A stretch of DNA of 64,000 nucleotides. It comes from an uncultured Thermodesulfobacteriota bacterium. Lineage in GTDB: Bacteria; Desulfobacterota; WTBG01; CAIYCZ01; CAIRTM01. The notes below the pieces were generated by a model, which had not been told where the DNA came from, did no database searches, and was given only the letters and a program-made list of their open reading frames with translations. The translations under genes and the position numbers were made by a program. Location: contig CAZUMW010000002.1 of assembly GCA_964621615.1 (NCBI GenBank), forward strand, positions 64,286-128,285, written 5' to 3'. This document shows, piece by piece, positions 50,701 to 59,804 of the stretch (positions within the stretch are counted from its first letter, which is position 1; each line of letters starts with the position of its first letter).

Positions 50701-53161
50701 GTTTTATCCCGACGGCACAATAGAGTTTCTGGGAAGAAAAGACTTTCAGGTAAAAATCCGCGGCTATCGCATTGAGCTCGGCGAAGTGGAGTATGCGCTG
50801 AAAAGCCACCGTGGTGTGGCCGATGCCGTTGCTGCTGTCAGGAAAGACAGCGCGGGGGATCAAAAACTTGTTGCGTATGTCGTACCCCGCAGGGAAGCGC
50901 TTACAACGGCAAAGGGCCTGAAGGCACATGTGGGGGACTTTTTGCCTGATTATATGATACCCAACAGCATTGGATTCGTCGATGCGCTCCCGCTCACTGC
51001 AAACGGTAAAATCGATCGCAATGCACTCCCCTGGCCGGTACCCGCCCCGGCAGGCAGGACTGCCGGCTCCGCTCAGTCCGGACCGCACAGTGAAAACGCC
51101 AAGCGTGAAGCGGTGCTTTCCGTCATCAGGCAGGTGCTGCAGACAGAGGATATCGGACCTGACGATGATATGTTTGATTTCGGGGTCACCTCGTTGAATC
51201 TGATACAGATAGCAGAGATGCTCAAGGAGCGGTTCGGCGCCGCAGTCAGCGCGGAGACATTTCTGGATGCCCCGACGGCAGCGGGTATTGCCGCCCGGCT
51301 GGGAAACGGAAAGGCAGACGATGCGCCCCGGCCCTGTTGCGAGAAGCCCGGGGAGATTCGTGGCAGGGAGCCGGAGTTAGCGGTGAGCGCAAAAGCCGGC
51401 ACAGGAACCCAGGAAGTACTTTCCGTGATCAAGCAGGTGCTGCAGACAGAGGATATCGGACCTGACGATGATATGTTTGATTTCGGGGTCACCTCGTTGA
51501 ATCTGATACAGATAGCAGAGATGCTCAAGGAGCGGTTCGGCGCCGCAGTCAGCGCGGAGACATTTCTGGATTCCCCGACGGCAGGGGGTATTGCCGCCCG
51601 GCTGCAGCCTGCGGCGCCTGTAGCAGTTTCTTCGCCCGTTGCGCGGCATACCGCTGCGGCCGCTCCCGCCTCAATCCCGCTTGAGCACACCCTGCTGGAT
51701 CGAAATGCATATGTTCTCAGGGCAAGCAACCGCACTTTTTCTCCGGGAGGCCTTTCCCGAAAGAGCGTGGGGCGGCTCCTCTACCTTCTCCACCAGAAGG
51801 AAATCAACGGGGAGAAAAAATATCTATACCCTTCGGCCGGAGGGCTTAATGCAGTGCAGACATATCTGTATGCACACAAGGGCCGCATAGAGGGTATCCC
51901 TCACGGAATTTACTATTATCACCCTGTCGAGCATGCGCTGTACCGGATAACCGGCGATCCGGACATATCCCCCGCTATACATTTCCCCTTAAACCGGGAT
52001 AGCTTCGATGCGGCTGCGTTTTCTGTTTATTTCATCGCGCAGCTTGATGCAATAGAGCCTGTCTATACGGTCATGAGCAGAGAGCTGGTTACTCTTGATG
52101 CAGGATATATGACCCAGCTGCTGCAAAGCAGGCAGGAGGACATAGGGGTTAGACTTTGTCCGGTGAGCGGGGTTGACTTTGAGAGCATACGGCACTTTTT
52201 CCGGCTGAGCCCGGCACATATGTTTGTCCAGTGCCTCCTTGGCGGCCCTGCCGACTCATCCGCTCACCGCGCACAAGCACAAGATATAAAAACATATATA
52301 AAGACTACTGGGAGAAAGATACACGCTCACTTTCGCGAAGCCGACGGAGACCGGACATATCTGGACACCGACAGGATTGTTCAGTTTGAGCGCCTGAACG
52401 CCCTTTCCGAGGAGGAGCATGTATTGCTGCACCGCCGCCGGCTTCACCTGAGGACATTTACCAACGGCGCCCTTGGGCTAAAGCTTCCCCAGGGCCGTAT
52501 AGATGATGCAGAGTATATACTGCGGTCCACGCAGCGCAGCTACGAAAGCCGAACGGTGCCTTTTGTCTCCTTCAGCAGGTTCATGAAACTGCTTGGGCAG
52601 GAATCAATTGACGGCAAAGCCAGGCGCCTGTATCCTTCTATCAGCGGAACATATGCAGTGCACGCATATGTTTTTGTTAAGGAAAACGGTGTCGAGAATG
52701 TCGCCTCGGGCATATACCGCTATGAACCCGTTGAGCATTCGCTGCAGGCTGTCACGACTGGGCCTGCCTGCGACATTAAGGCGGCCCACTTTCCCGGAAA
52801 CCGGTCCTACTATAATCAGTCCAGATTTTCTCTTTTTCTCATTGCCGACCTGGAAAAGCTGCGGCCGAGCTTCGGCGAGGAGGCGCTCCACCTTGTAACG
52901 CTTGAAGCGGGGTGCATAGGGCAGCTGCTTCTGGACAGGCAGGCTGAATTTGATATGGGTGTTTGCTCCATCGGGGGCATGCGCTTTGATAAGATCAGAG
53001 ACGCCTTCAAGCTGAGCCGGGGGCAGATGCTCGTTCACAGCTTTGTGTGCGGTCCGGTCAGCCGGCTGCTTGCGGTCCCTGCCCACCGGAGGCTTATACC
53101 CCCGGCAGCGCCTCTTAAACACGGCATGCTGTCGCACTGGCTCAGGGGGCTTCGCTTGTGA
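47795..53161 (+). CDS. NRPS-like megaenzyme: formyltransferase (F), partial condensation-like region, adenylation (A), two tandem carrier domains (T-T), two tandem SagB/ThcOx-like nitroreductase (Ox) domains
   Basis: F domain: 'HDALLPRYAGMHATSWALLNRE...IMEPGVDTGAVL' (Fmt fold). C-A linker: 'LPLLTPGERQKIINEWNST'. A-domain cores: 'LTYEELNKKAN', 'YVIFTSGSTGKPKG', 'YRTGD', 'GRKDFQVKIRGYRIELGEVE', 'LPLTANGKIDR'. Two near-identical carrier domains carry 'DMFDFGVTSLNLIQIAE'. Two SagB-like repeats carry 'LYPSAGGLNAVQTYLYA' and 'LYPSISGTYAVHAYVFV'. Confidence 0.8.
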   Translation: MSGQKKFSCVLFGTTSLLIRCGDLIKHRGHTITGVVSSDPAVCSWAEKNSIACIAPGEDPAGFLARDPFDVLFSIINPAILQPPILDLPRKYAINYHDALLPRYAGMHATSWALLNREPQHGVTWHIMEPGVDTGAVLKQRCVTVGERDTAFSLNLKCFEAAISSFSELLEELAAGREKPVVQKKDERSYFGKYRRPEAGCVLSWRRGHAEIDALVRALDFGYVENPVGVPKIAVENSFVIVSKSHIAGSSSGAAPGTIVACDDRSVQVATAGRDLVLDRLHELDGSPLPLHDFMTRYRLSTGARLPGLTPDTEHRLTALYSDTCRHEAYWAEQLLHASPVSLTADRLLSPSCPQHRLASVLLRVPKPFIRLSESAGGPDRCRQLIAAFAAYISRVTEADDFALGYMHEQLSGRIDGLEAFFASCVPLVLKAGQQASFVNRMEQTAASVAEAERRITYPNDLFARYPWLEQAEPAVRRAAFPIAVSRVRSLDDYTAPPNSQCALVVSDDVRACRLVFDTSVFSRDFMYRMREHLCSFMQAVGDNPDRPVETLPLLTPGERQKIINEWNSTAADYDRGACIHRLFETQASRSPRNIATVFGGTALTYEELNKKANQIAWHLHKKGVGPGALVGISLDRSHEMIIGLLAILKAGGAYVPLEPSFPRERLLSIVRSAGIRNILTQKKHAGLFAGADAVLIETDREAETIAQENTGEGPSCAAAPDTTAYVIFTSGSTGKPKGAVVAHRPVINLIQWAHRTFSFSERDSVLFVTALSFDLSVFDVFGLLACGGTIHIVSDERRRDVNYLVDMMLEGRITFWDSAPAALDMLVPALRSRQQLSDPALRLVFLSGDWIPLSLPDTIRRHFPRAEVVALGGATEATVWSNFFRFDAVDPAWKSIPYGRPIQNARYYILDRRLNPCPVGVAGDLYIGGECLSSGYLNEPELTAQSFLHDPFADLPDARMYRTGDRARFYPDGTIEFLGRKDFQVKIRGYRIELGEVEYALKSHRGVADAVAAVRKDSAGDQKLVAYVVPRREALTTAKGLKAHVGDFLPDYMIPNSIGFVDALPLTANGKIDRNALPWPVPAPAGRTAGSAQSGPHSENAKREAVLSVIRQVLQTEDIGPDDDMFDFGVTSLNLIQIAEMLKERFGAAVSAETFLDAPTAAGIAARLGNGKADDAPRPCCEKPGEIRGREPELAVSAKAGTGTQEVLSVIKQVLQTEDIGPDDDMFDFGVTSLNLIQIAEMLKERFGAAVSAETFLDSPTAGGIAARLQPAAPVAVSSPVARHTAAAAPASIPLEHTLLDRNAYVLRASNRTFSPGGLSRKSVGRLLYLLHQKEINGEKKYLYPSAGGLNAVQTYLYAHKGRIEGIPHGIYYYHPVEHALYRITGDPDISPAIHFPLNRDSFDAAAFSVYFIAQLDAIEPVYTVMSRELVTLDAGYMTQLLQSRQEDIGVRLCPVSGVDFESIRHFFRLSPAHMFVQCLLGGPADSSAHRAQAQDIKTYIKTTGRKIHAHFREADGDRTYLDTDRIVQFERLNALSEEEHVLLHRRRLHLRTFTNGALGLKLPQGRIDDAEYILRSTQRSYESRTVPFVSFSRFMKLLGQESIDGKARRLYPSISGTYAVHAYVFVKENGVENVASGIYRYEPVEHSLQAVTTGPACDIKAAHFPGNRSYYNQSRFSLFLIADLEKLRPSFGEEALHLVTLEAGCIGQLLLDRQAEFDMGVCSIGGMRFDKIRDAFKLSRGQMLVHSFVCGPVSRLLAVPAHRRLIPPAAPLKHGMLSHWLRGLRL
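51097..51612 (+). repeat. Tandem direct repeat (~195 bp units, >95% identical) encoding the duplicated carrier domain
   Basis: 51112-51306 and 51418-51612 are nearly identical at the nucleotide level (gtgctttccgtcatcaggcaggtgctgcagacagaggatatcggacctgacgatgatatg...). Confidence 0.8.
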
Positions 53162-53165
53162 TCCG

Positions 53166-53993
53166 TTACAGCCTGCCGTCGGGATTTTCCGCAATATGCT
53201 TCAGGCTTTGCCCGAACCGGTATGAGTGCAGGCCATAGACAAGGCGGTGGTCGGTTGTGGCGAACAACGAAAGCGCCGCCCTGGCTGTTACTGCGTCTTT
53301 GTCAACGGCCGGCTGCACGGCAGGGCCGCTTAAATGAAATTTGTTTCCCATATTGATAGCCGGCAGGATATCCTTGCGCATTACAAAGTTAGCGGGTGTG
53401 GAATAGACGTGGCTTGAAAGCGTTATATTGGAAATCAGCCCGCGCTCAAACGCCAGGGTAAAGGCGACCCGCTGTCCGACAAGCCGATACAGGCCCCACC
53501 TGTAGGATATATTAGTTAAAAAGGTCAGCACGGGGCTTTGCCGGGCTGAAAGGTGTCGGCTTTTCGTGCTTTCAATGCCCGAAAACAGCTCCTGCTGAAT
53601 GAGCTCCAGCGGTTTTGTGTGCGGGTTTTCCAGCATGACGTATGTTGCGATATCGGTACCCGGCACCAGTACGGTATTTGCAATGTGTATTTCTTCAAGC
53701 TGATATGCGCTGCTTCCGAAAACGATCTGGTTGAATTCCGGGTTTTCCGCTATGGCAAGCGCCAGCAGCTTATTTGCAACCGGCGAAAAGGTGATCCTTC
53801 TGCCGGTACGGGAGCTGTATTCGCGCACGAACCGGCTCAGGTTCCCGGCTGCGATAGTATATTCAACGGAAGCGAACGGATCACAGGATTTTCTAAGCAG
53901 GCTGAGCATCTCAACTTTGTGCTGCCCGATGTGTTCGGCTTTCAGCCGATGCATTTTCAGTTTTTTTTCAGGCCTTTGAAAAAAAGTATGCAT
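53166..53993 (-). CDS. Free-standing 2-oxoacid-dehydrogenase-E2/CAT-fold acyltransferase (condensation-domain superfamily)
   Basis: Catalytic 'DHRLVYG' (DHRxxDG-type His-Asp) near the C-terminus, as in E2 lipoamide acyltransferases and NRPS C domains. Confidence 0.5.
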   Translation of the reverse strand: MHTFFQRPEKKLKMHRLKAEHIGQHKVEMLSLLRKSCDPFASVEYTIAAGNLSRFVREYSSRTGRRITFSPVANKLLALAIAENPEFNQIVFGSSAYQLEEIHIANTVLVPGTDIATYVMLENPHTKPLELIQQELFSGIESTKSRHLSARQSPVLTFLTNISYRWGLYRLVGQRVAFTLAFERGLISNITLSSHVYSTPANFVMRKDILPAINMGNKFHLSGPAVQPAVDKDAVTARAALSLFATTDHRLVYGLHSYRFGQSLKHIAENPDGRL

Positions 53994-54044
53994 GCCTCAC
54001 TCCGGGGATAATAATAACTTTTCTCTAGCATAAATAATGGTTTT

Positions 54045-57000
54045 TTAGATTTCTTCGAACCTGCCGTCACTGAGCGCGCAGGCGGGTACGGTTCTGTCCA
54101 CATTTCGCATAAGCTCCACCGTCGGGGGATGGCAGGTAAAAAGCAAAATCTGCAGGGAGCGGGAAAGCTCAACAATGGTTTCCGCAGCTGCGCGGGCCCG
54201 GTGCGGATCAAAATTTACCAATATATCGTCGAAAACCAGCGGGAGGGCCTCAGAGCGGCTGACAAATTCCTTCGCAAAACCGAACCGCAGCGACAGGTAC
54301 AGCTGCTCCGCCGTTCCCCGGCTGAGCTGATCGATCTCACGGGTGGAGCCGTCGGGAGCAATAACAACAATCTGATCCCGGCCGGCAGGCGCGCGGATTT
54401 CCGTGTAGCTTCCCCTGGTAAAAGAGGTGAAATAGCGCTCGGCCTCTTTCAGGACTGCCGGCCGGCGCTCGCGCTCGTATTTTTCCCGGGCCCTGTCAAT
54501 AAGGTGCTCTGCGATTTTCAGGACCGCCCATTGCTCGGCGGCGGACTCCACCCCGGCCCGGCAGGACCGGCCTTCAATAAGCAACCGGGAAAGCTCCTGT
54601 GAATTTTCCAGCTGCTCCAGCTGCGATCTGAGCTGACCGCCGTTGTCTATAGCATATCTTTGCTCCTGCTCTCTTTGATCTATCGCCTCCTCCAGCTCTT
54701 TGAGCTCGCAGGTCAGATCCTCAGACGTTGTGCTTTCAAGCTCTCTTTCCAGGTGCTCGAGCGCATCACCGCTGCCGGTGAGCTGTCGAAGGCGCGTTTC
54801 AAGAGTGTGAACAGCGCTCTCCAGCTCTTTTCGCCGCTCATAGTCGGAAGCCCTGAGCCTGAACGCTTCCTCATCGGTTACAGATGCTGCCTCAAACAGG
54901 TCGCTGATCTCTTTCCGGCGCTTTTCAATCTGGCTTTGCAGCGGCCGGATCTGATCGTTGCAGTCTTTCATGCGGCGTTTCAATTCATCTGCCCGGCTGC
55001 GGACTTTTTCTGCCTTTTCGAGTCGGGCGTGAAGAGCTGAAACGCATTTTGATACATCATCATTTGCCGGCTTTTCCCAGCCGGCTGCTTGTGCAATTGA
55101 GCGGACCTCACTGCAAAAGGAATCTATAAACTCCTGCAGGATTTGCAACTGCCTGCGGTGCCGGTCAACCTCGGCAAGCTGACCGCGGGCCTTTTCAACA
55201 GCCTGAAGCATCTGAGGAGCGCTTTCAGCAGAAAGGGTGGTCCGCAGGCCTGTCCGCTGCAGAAGGGCTTTCCACCGGCGCATGCAGTCCTGCAGCTCAG
55301 CCTGCGCGTGCAGGTAGTGCTGCTCAGCATCGCCGACCCTGCGTTTTGCCTGCTCAGTGTGCTTTCCGGCTTCTGCGAGTATCTTTTCTGCATGTTCCCT
55401 GTCGCGTGTAATCCGCTCATGCTGCTCAAGGCGGCTGAAAAGAGCATCAAGGAGTGCTGCAGGGTCATCCGGCGCAGCTTTCCCGATATCGCACTGCTTT
55501 GCTGCACAGAGCGCTTTTTCTTCATATGCGGCAATGGTTTCCGCCATCCTGCTGATCCGCATGCAGTCGCTCTCGATGGACTTCAGCTGCTCCCGGGCTG
55601 TTTCCAGCGTGGAAAGGGTGGTTTTAGCGCTTTCCGGGGTAAGGGTGTCAGGCAGCCCTGCAACAGACAGCCAGCCCCGCCACTGCCGGGTGACGGCATC
55701 CAGCTGCTGTTCGGCATGCGCTTTTTCGGCTTCAGACCGCTGCCGTCTTTCCTGTGCGGCTTTCAGGTGTTCGGCTGCGTCGTCCCGCCTTTGCTCCGCT
55801 ATCCGGAAGCGCTGCAGATTCTGCTGCTCCTGCTCTGTCAGCTCTTCCGCATCGTCAATGCTTTTTTCATCGCACGCATGATCAAAACCCAGTGCCCGTG
55901 CTTCTTTTTGAATCTGCGCATCTGTTTCTGCACGGCGGCTGTGTAATGCGTCGATTTCCTGCTGAAGCTTATAAATACTATTCTCGAGCTCTTTTATTTC
56001 CTTCTCTGATTCTGCTGCTCTTTTTTTCGTGCGGGCAGCCGAAGCTTTCAGGAGCAGGGCCGGCAGAACGGCAATTATTGCTGAAAGCCCGAGGATGAGG
56101 CATGCGAACACCCAGTCGCCGTGACGGATTCCTGCTGCAAGAAAGCCTGCAAGGCCGAGCGCGAGCACCAGGGCGGCCGACCAGGCAGGAACGGATGCCG
56201 TAGCGTGGGCGGGCCGGGCTTTTAACCGCGCGGCGCGTGCTTCAAGATCATGCTTTTTTTCTTCGCTGAAGCTGTGCATGAACAGATGCTGCCGGCGGGT
56301 GTTCAGCAGAGATCGCAGCCGGCGCAGCGAATCCTTCCGGCGGGCAAGCTCTTTGCTGTCTTTTGCTCCCGGCTCAGGTATCTCTGCGAGGGCTTTTTCC
56401 ATCCGGGCAAGATCAGCTTCGGCATCGGCAACAGCCTGTTGTGCATCACGGAGCCGCCGATCGGCGTCTTTCACCTCTGACCGGCATTCGGAAATACGGC
56501 GCTGATATTCAGACACCTGCTCCTGGACGGCAAGAGATGTGTCGAATGCTTTAAGGCGCTGTTCGGTCCAGTCAAGCCCGACATTTCGCAGCGTGTCGGA
56601 AAGGTGCTCTCGGCGGGTTTCGCACTGCTTTTCTATACCGGGCAGATCCCGCCGGGCATTTTCATAGGTTTCTCGGCCAAGCTTCAGCCTGCCAATGGCG
56701 TCTGTATCCATGTTTTCAAAGGGCCGGGGGAGCTGTTCGAGCCCGGTTTGTGCGCGGTGCTCATTTGTTTGAGCATCCTGCAGCAACCGCTTTTGCTGGC
56801 TCAGCTCAAGCTCCCGGTCGTGCACAGCCGCCTTTGCCGCGTCGACCATCCTGATATGCGCCTGTATCTCCTCCCTGACCGGCACGGACATATCAAAAAC
56901 TCTCAGATTTTCTTCATCCCATTCATCCCCGATATTATAAAGCATGTCAACGAGCTGCTTTTCAGCAAGTGAGAGGCTTTTTTGTGTATCCACGCAATTT

Positions 57001-58004
57001 TGCCGGTTTTTCTCGAAAAGCTGCAGGCTGCGGTCAAGGCGGTGAATATCATCAGCTGAGGAAAGCAGTATCGGCTCTTCCTGCAGAGCGACGAGCTCCT
57101 TCTCCGCGGTTTCTTTCTGAGAGCCAATGTCTTGCATACGATCCTCGATGCTGCGCTTTTCCGCGTTGAGGACATCAAGGCGGCTGACCCCCTCTTCGGG
57201 AAAGCGTTCAACTGCAGGAAGCATGAGCAGCTGATTCCGGCTGTCGCACAGGGCTATCCAGTCCTCCCGGGCCCCCAGGAGCAGCCGCACCCGCTCCAGC
57301 CGCTGCCGGGAGGTTTTCAGCTCTGCCGAAATATCCTGTATGGATAATTCGCATGATTGCAGCGCCGCATAAATGCGCTCGTACTCATCCTGGTCTTTTT
57401 CATGGGCTTTGATCTGCTGGTCAATGGTTTCTATGCGGCTGAGAAGCGCGTTTATTACCGGCTTTGATGCCTGGGGCGCAAACAGCTCGCCTGATTGCTT
57501 TTTCAGCTCCCGGGTGATGTCGGTTATTGTCCGGCGCCCGAACCCTGTGCCCGCGCTGTAAATCGCATCGCGCACCTTCTCTGTTTTAAGCGAATCAAAT
57601 GTCTGGAGCTCTGACAGGCTGAAGGCGAAAATGTTGTTGTACAGGTCAGCGGTCGCGGAGCCGATAAGCCGGTGAAATTTCTCTTCACCGCCCTGGGAGC
57701 CGTCGGGGAAGGTGACCGTGAACTGACCGGTTCCCTTGCCGGCGAAGCGCTCAACAATAACCCGGCCCTCGCTGCCGTCATACAGCACAACGCGGCCCCC
57801 TTTCCGGCCTCCTCTGAGCGGAGGATAAAACTCCTTTTGCCTGCGGGAGGGAAGTCCGAAAAGAACAGAGCGGAGAAACGCAAGCAGGGTTGACTTGCCG
57901 GCTTCGTTGTCGCCCAGCACAACAGTCAGACCAGGCGGTATGTTTTCAAACGACAGGTCTGCAAACCGGCCGAAGCCATCGATATGAAATTCAGCCATCC
58001 GCAT
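54045..58004 (-). CDS. YhaN/SbcC-like AAA ATPase with long coiled coils and a central TM hairpin
   Basis: N-terminal 'HIDGFGRFADLSFENIPPGLTVVLGDNEAGKSTL' Walker A. C-terminal 'LPLVFDDILVNFD' Walker B/D-loop. A hydrophobic stretch 'ALVLALGLAGFLAAG...LILGLSAIIAVLPALLL' sits mid-protein. Confidence 0.7.
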   Translation of the reverse strand: MRMAEFHIDGFGRFADLSFENIPPGLTVVLGDNEAGKSTLLAFLRSVLFGLPSRRQKEFYPPLRGGRKGGRVVLYDGSEGRVIVERFAGKGTGQFTVTFPDGSQGGEEKFHRLIGSATADLYNNIFAFSLSELQTFDSLKTEKVRDAIYSAGTGFGRRTITDITRELKKQSGELFAPQASKPVINALLSRIETIDQQIKAHEKDQDEYERIYAALQSCELSIQDISAELKTSRQRLERVRLLLGAREDWIALCDSRNQLLMLPAVERFPEEGVSRLDVLNAEKRSIEDRMQDIGSQKETAEKELVALQEEPILLSSADDIHRLDRSLQLFEKNRQNCVDTQKSLSLAEKQLVDMLYNIGDEWDEENLRVFDMSVPVREEIQAHIRMVDAAKAAVHDRELELSQQKRLLQDAQTNEHRAQTGLEQLPRPFENMDTDAIGRLKLGRETYENARRDLPGIEKQCETRREHLSDTLRNVGLDWTEQRLKAFDTSLAVQEQVSEYQRRISECRSEVKDADRRLRDAQQAVADAEADLARMEKALAEIPEPGAKDSKELARRKDSLRRLRSLLNTRRQHLFMHSFSEEKKHDLEARAARLKARPAHATASVPAWSAALVLALGLAGFLAAGIRHGDWVFACLILGLSAIIAVLPALLLKASAARTKKRAAESEKEIKELENSIYKLQQEIDALHSRRAETDAQIQKEARALGFDHACDEKSIDDAEELTEQEQQNLQRFRIAEQRRDDAAEHLKAAQERRQRSEAEKAHAEQQLDAVTRQWRGWLSVAGLPDTLTPESAKTTLSTLETAREQLKSIESDCMRISRMAETIAAYEEKALCAAKQCDIGKAAPDDPAALLDALFSRLEQHERITRDREHAEKILAEAGKHTEQAKRRVGDAEQHYLHAQAELQDCMRRWKALLQRTGLRTTLSAESAPQMLQAVEKARGQLAEVDRHRRQLQILQEFIDSFCSEVRSIAQAAGWEKPANDDVSKCVSALHARLEKAEKVRSRADELKRRMKDCNDQIRPLQSQIEKRRKEISDLFEAASVTDEEAFRLRASDYERRKELESAVHTLETRLRQLTGSGDALEHLERELESTTSEDLTCELKELEEAIDQREQEQRYAIDNGGQLRSQLEQLENSQELSRLLIEGRSCRAGVESAAEQWAVLKIAEHLIDRAREKYERERRPAVLKEAERYFTSFTRGSYTEIRAPAGRDQIVVIAPDGSTREIDQLSRGTAEQLYLSLRFGFAKEFVSRSEALPLVFDDILVNFDPHRARAAAETIVELSRSLQILLFTCHPPTVELMRNVDRTVPACALSDGRFEEI

Positions 58005-59281
58005 CAGTCATCATCCTCTATGAACATATCGACGCAGAGGCTTTCCGCCCGGTCAAGAAGCGATCGCATCATGCTGTCATCCGTCCTGCGTAAGATTTTG
58101 CCGGCTCTTTTATATTCATACAGCTCGGCAAGGACGCTTTGCAGCGCATCTGTTTCTGCAGGCGAGCGCCGTATCGATTCGATAAGGCGCAGCAGATCGC
58201 CGAGAAAGTCCTGCGCGCCTCGCCTTGCATCCAGGTCAACCTCCGGGCGGGTGCGGACACGCAGCTTTTCCACCCAGACGAACGGGGTCCGGTCGATGCC
58301 GAGCAGGTGCAGCGCATCAAGCAGGTCCTGTGCAGCATTGGGCCTGGTCAGCGAGCGATGAAGAGGGCCGCGGCCGCGGACAGTGACCCGGCAGATCACA
58401 TGGCGCCCCCCGGCGCTCCCGGCCAGCTCGCCCATCTGTTCCTCTATGCAGGCAATAAGCTTTTCCATGCTGTCAATCCGGGATATGTCCACCTCGCACG
58501 TCAGCCAACGCAGGCTGTCTGTTGCGATAAATTCCGGCTCCGCATCGAGGCTGCCCCCGGAGTTGACGCGCACAAAAAAACACCCGCGCGGGCCGGGCTC
58601 GTTAATGTGGCGTCCCTGCGTGTTTCCCGGATAGCCGATAAACGGGCTGCCGGGCCGCAGCACGGCAGATTCGTGAATGTGGCCGAGCGCCCAGTAATCA
58701 AGGCCTGCAGCAGCCAGTTCATCCACTGAGCGCGGAGCATACTGTTCGTGTCGCTGATTGCCGCCGGCATTGCAGTGGAGCAGGCCGATCTGGAAGGCCT
58801 CCTTGCCCTGCCGCTTAAAGCCTCTGCCGAAGCGCTTTCCGATTTTCCGTGTCGGGTAGCTGATTCCGTGTATGCGGGCCACCGGCACACCCTGCTTTTT
58901 GAACACGACGGATTCCAGGTCCGAGCCGAAGCTGTGTACGCTGTCCGGCATGGTTATCGCGTCGGCCCAGCCGTCGAGCGGATCATGATTGCCATGCACG
59001 ATATAGGCAGGGATACCGGCTTCAGCGAGCCTGCGCAGGCCGTCGCGAAACCGCAGCTGAGCCCGCAGGCTGCGGTCAGCGCCGTCATAAACGTCGCCCG
59101 CTACAAGTAAAAAATCAGCTTTTCTGTGTATGCACAGATCGATAACGGCATCAAATGCTGTAAATGTTGCCTCCCGGACCTCCTGAACAACACGGCTCTG
59201 ATCCTCAGGCAGGCGGCTGAGGCCGAGAAAAGGGCTGTCGAGATGAAGATCTGCTGCATGAACAAACGAGAAAGCGGGCAT
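58004..59281 (-). CDS. YhaO/SbcD-like calcineurin-type metallophosphoesterase nuclease subunit
   Basis: 'FVHAADLHLDSPF', 'LLVAGDVYD' and 'YIVHGNHDP' phosphoesterase motifs. 1-nt overlap with the ATPase gene. Confidence 0.7.
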   Translation of the reverse strand: MPAFSFVHAADLHLDSPFLGLSRLPEDQSRVVQEVREATFTAFDAVIDLCIHRKADFLLVAGDVYDGADRSLRAQLRFRDGLRRLAEAGIPAYIVHGNHDPLDGWADAITMPDSVHSFGSDLESVVFKKQGVPVARIHGISYPTRKIGKRFGRGFKRQGKEAFQIGLLHCNAGGNQRHEQYAPRSVDELAAAGLDYWALGHIHESAVLRPGSPFIGYPGNTQGRHINEPGPRGCFFVRVNSGGSLDAEPEFIATDSLRWLTCEVDISRIDSMEKLIACIEEQMGELAGSAGGRHVICRVTVRGRGPLHRSLTRPNAAQDLLDALHLLGIDRTPFVWVEKLRVRTRPEVDLDARRGAQDFLGDLLRLIESIRRSPAETDALQSVLAELYEYKRAGKILRRTDDSMMRSLLDRAESLCVDMFIEDDD

Positions 59282-59804
59282 GGCTACGTGTATGTTTTGT
59301 TTACGATGTTGTGCGGAAACTGTATGGAAGGGGTAAAATAAGTAACGCGTGTGTTGTCAGACTGCAATGTATCGATATCCTGCGGCTGAATTGTTATCTC
59401 TGATACCGGCCAGTGGCAGCTGCTTTTCCAATTTTAATATAAAGAGTGTAGGCCGGGGCAGTTTGGATGATTCCCTCTCAGGAAAAAGTATTACGATATT
59501 TTTTTTGTTCGTTTCTGGCTGTTATTAAAATATGATTTTATCAATTCTAAAGAGGAATATGTTTTTATGCAAGACAATTTGTTCGAAAGTTCAAGGGCCC
59601 GGTTGAGTTGTGTAGTGAATCGTTGCGGGCCTGCCGCGGTTCATGAAAAGGTGCTATGCATCTTTTACCGTATTCTCAATTGTGACATATGATCCCCTTA
59701 GATTCGCGATTGTTTTTTATGCTGAGGTGGTTATCTTTCAACAAAGATAATGTGTAACGGGTATATGTCTTTCCTCAAGAATATGAAATAATGGATGCTG
59801 AGCC

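Noticed and set aside
51073-51735. Minus-strand ORF with an internally repeated peptide
   Set aside because: The repeat is simply the reverse-strand image of the T-T tandem duplication inside the NRPS-like gene, so this is not a separate gene.
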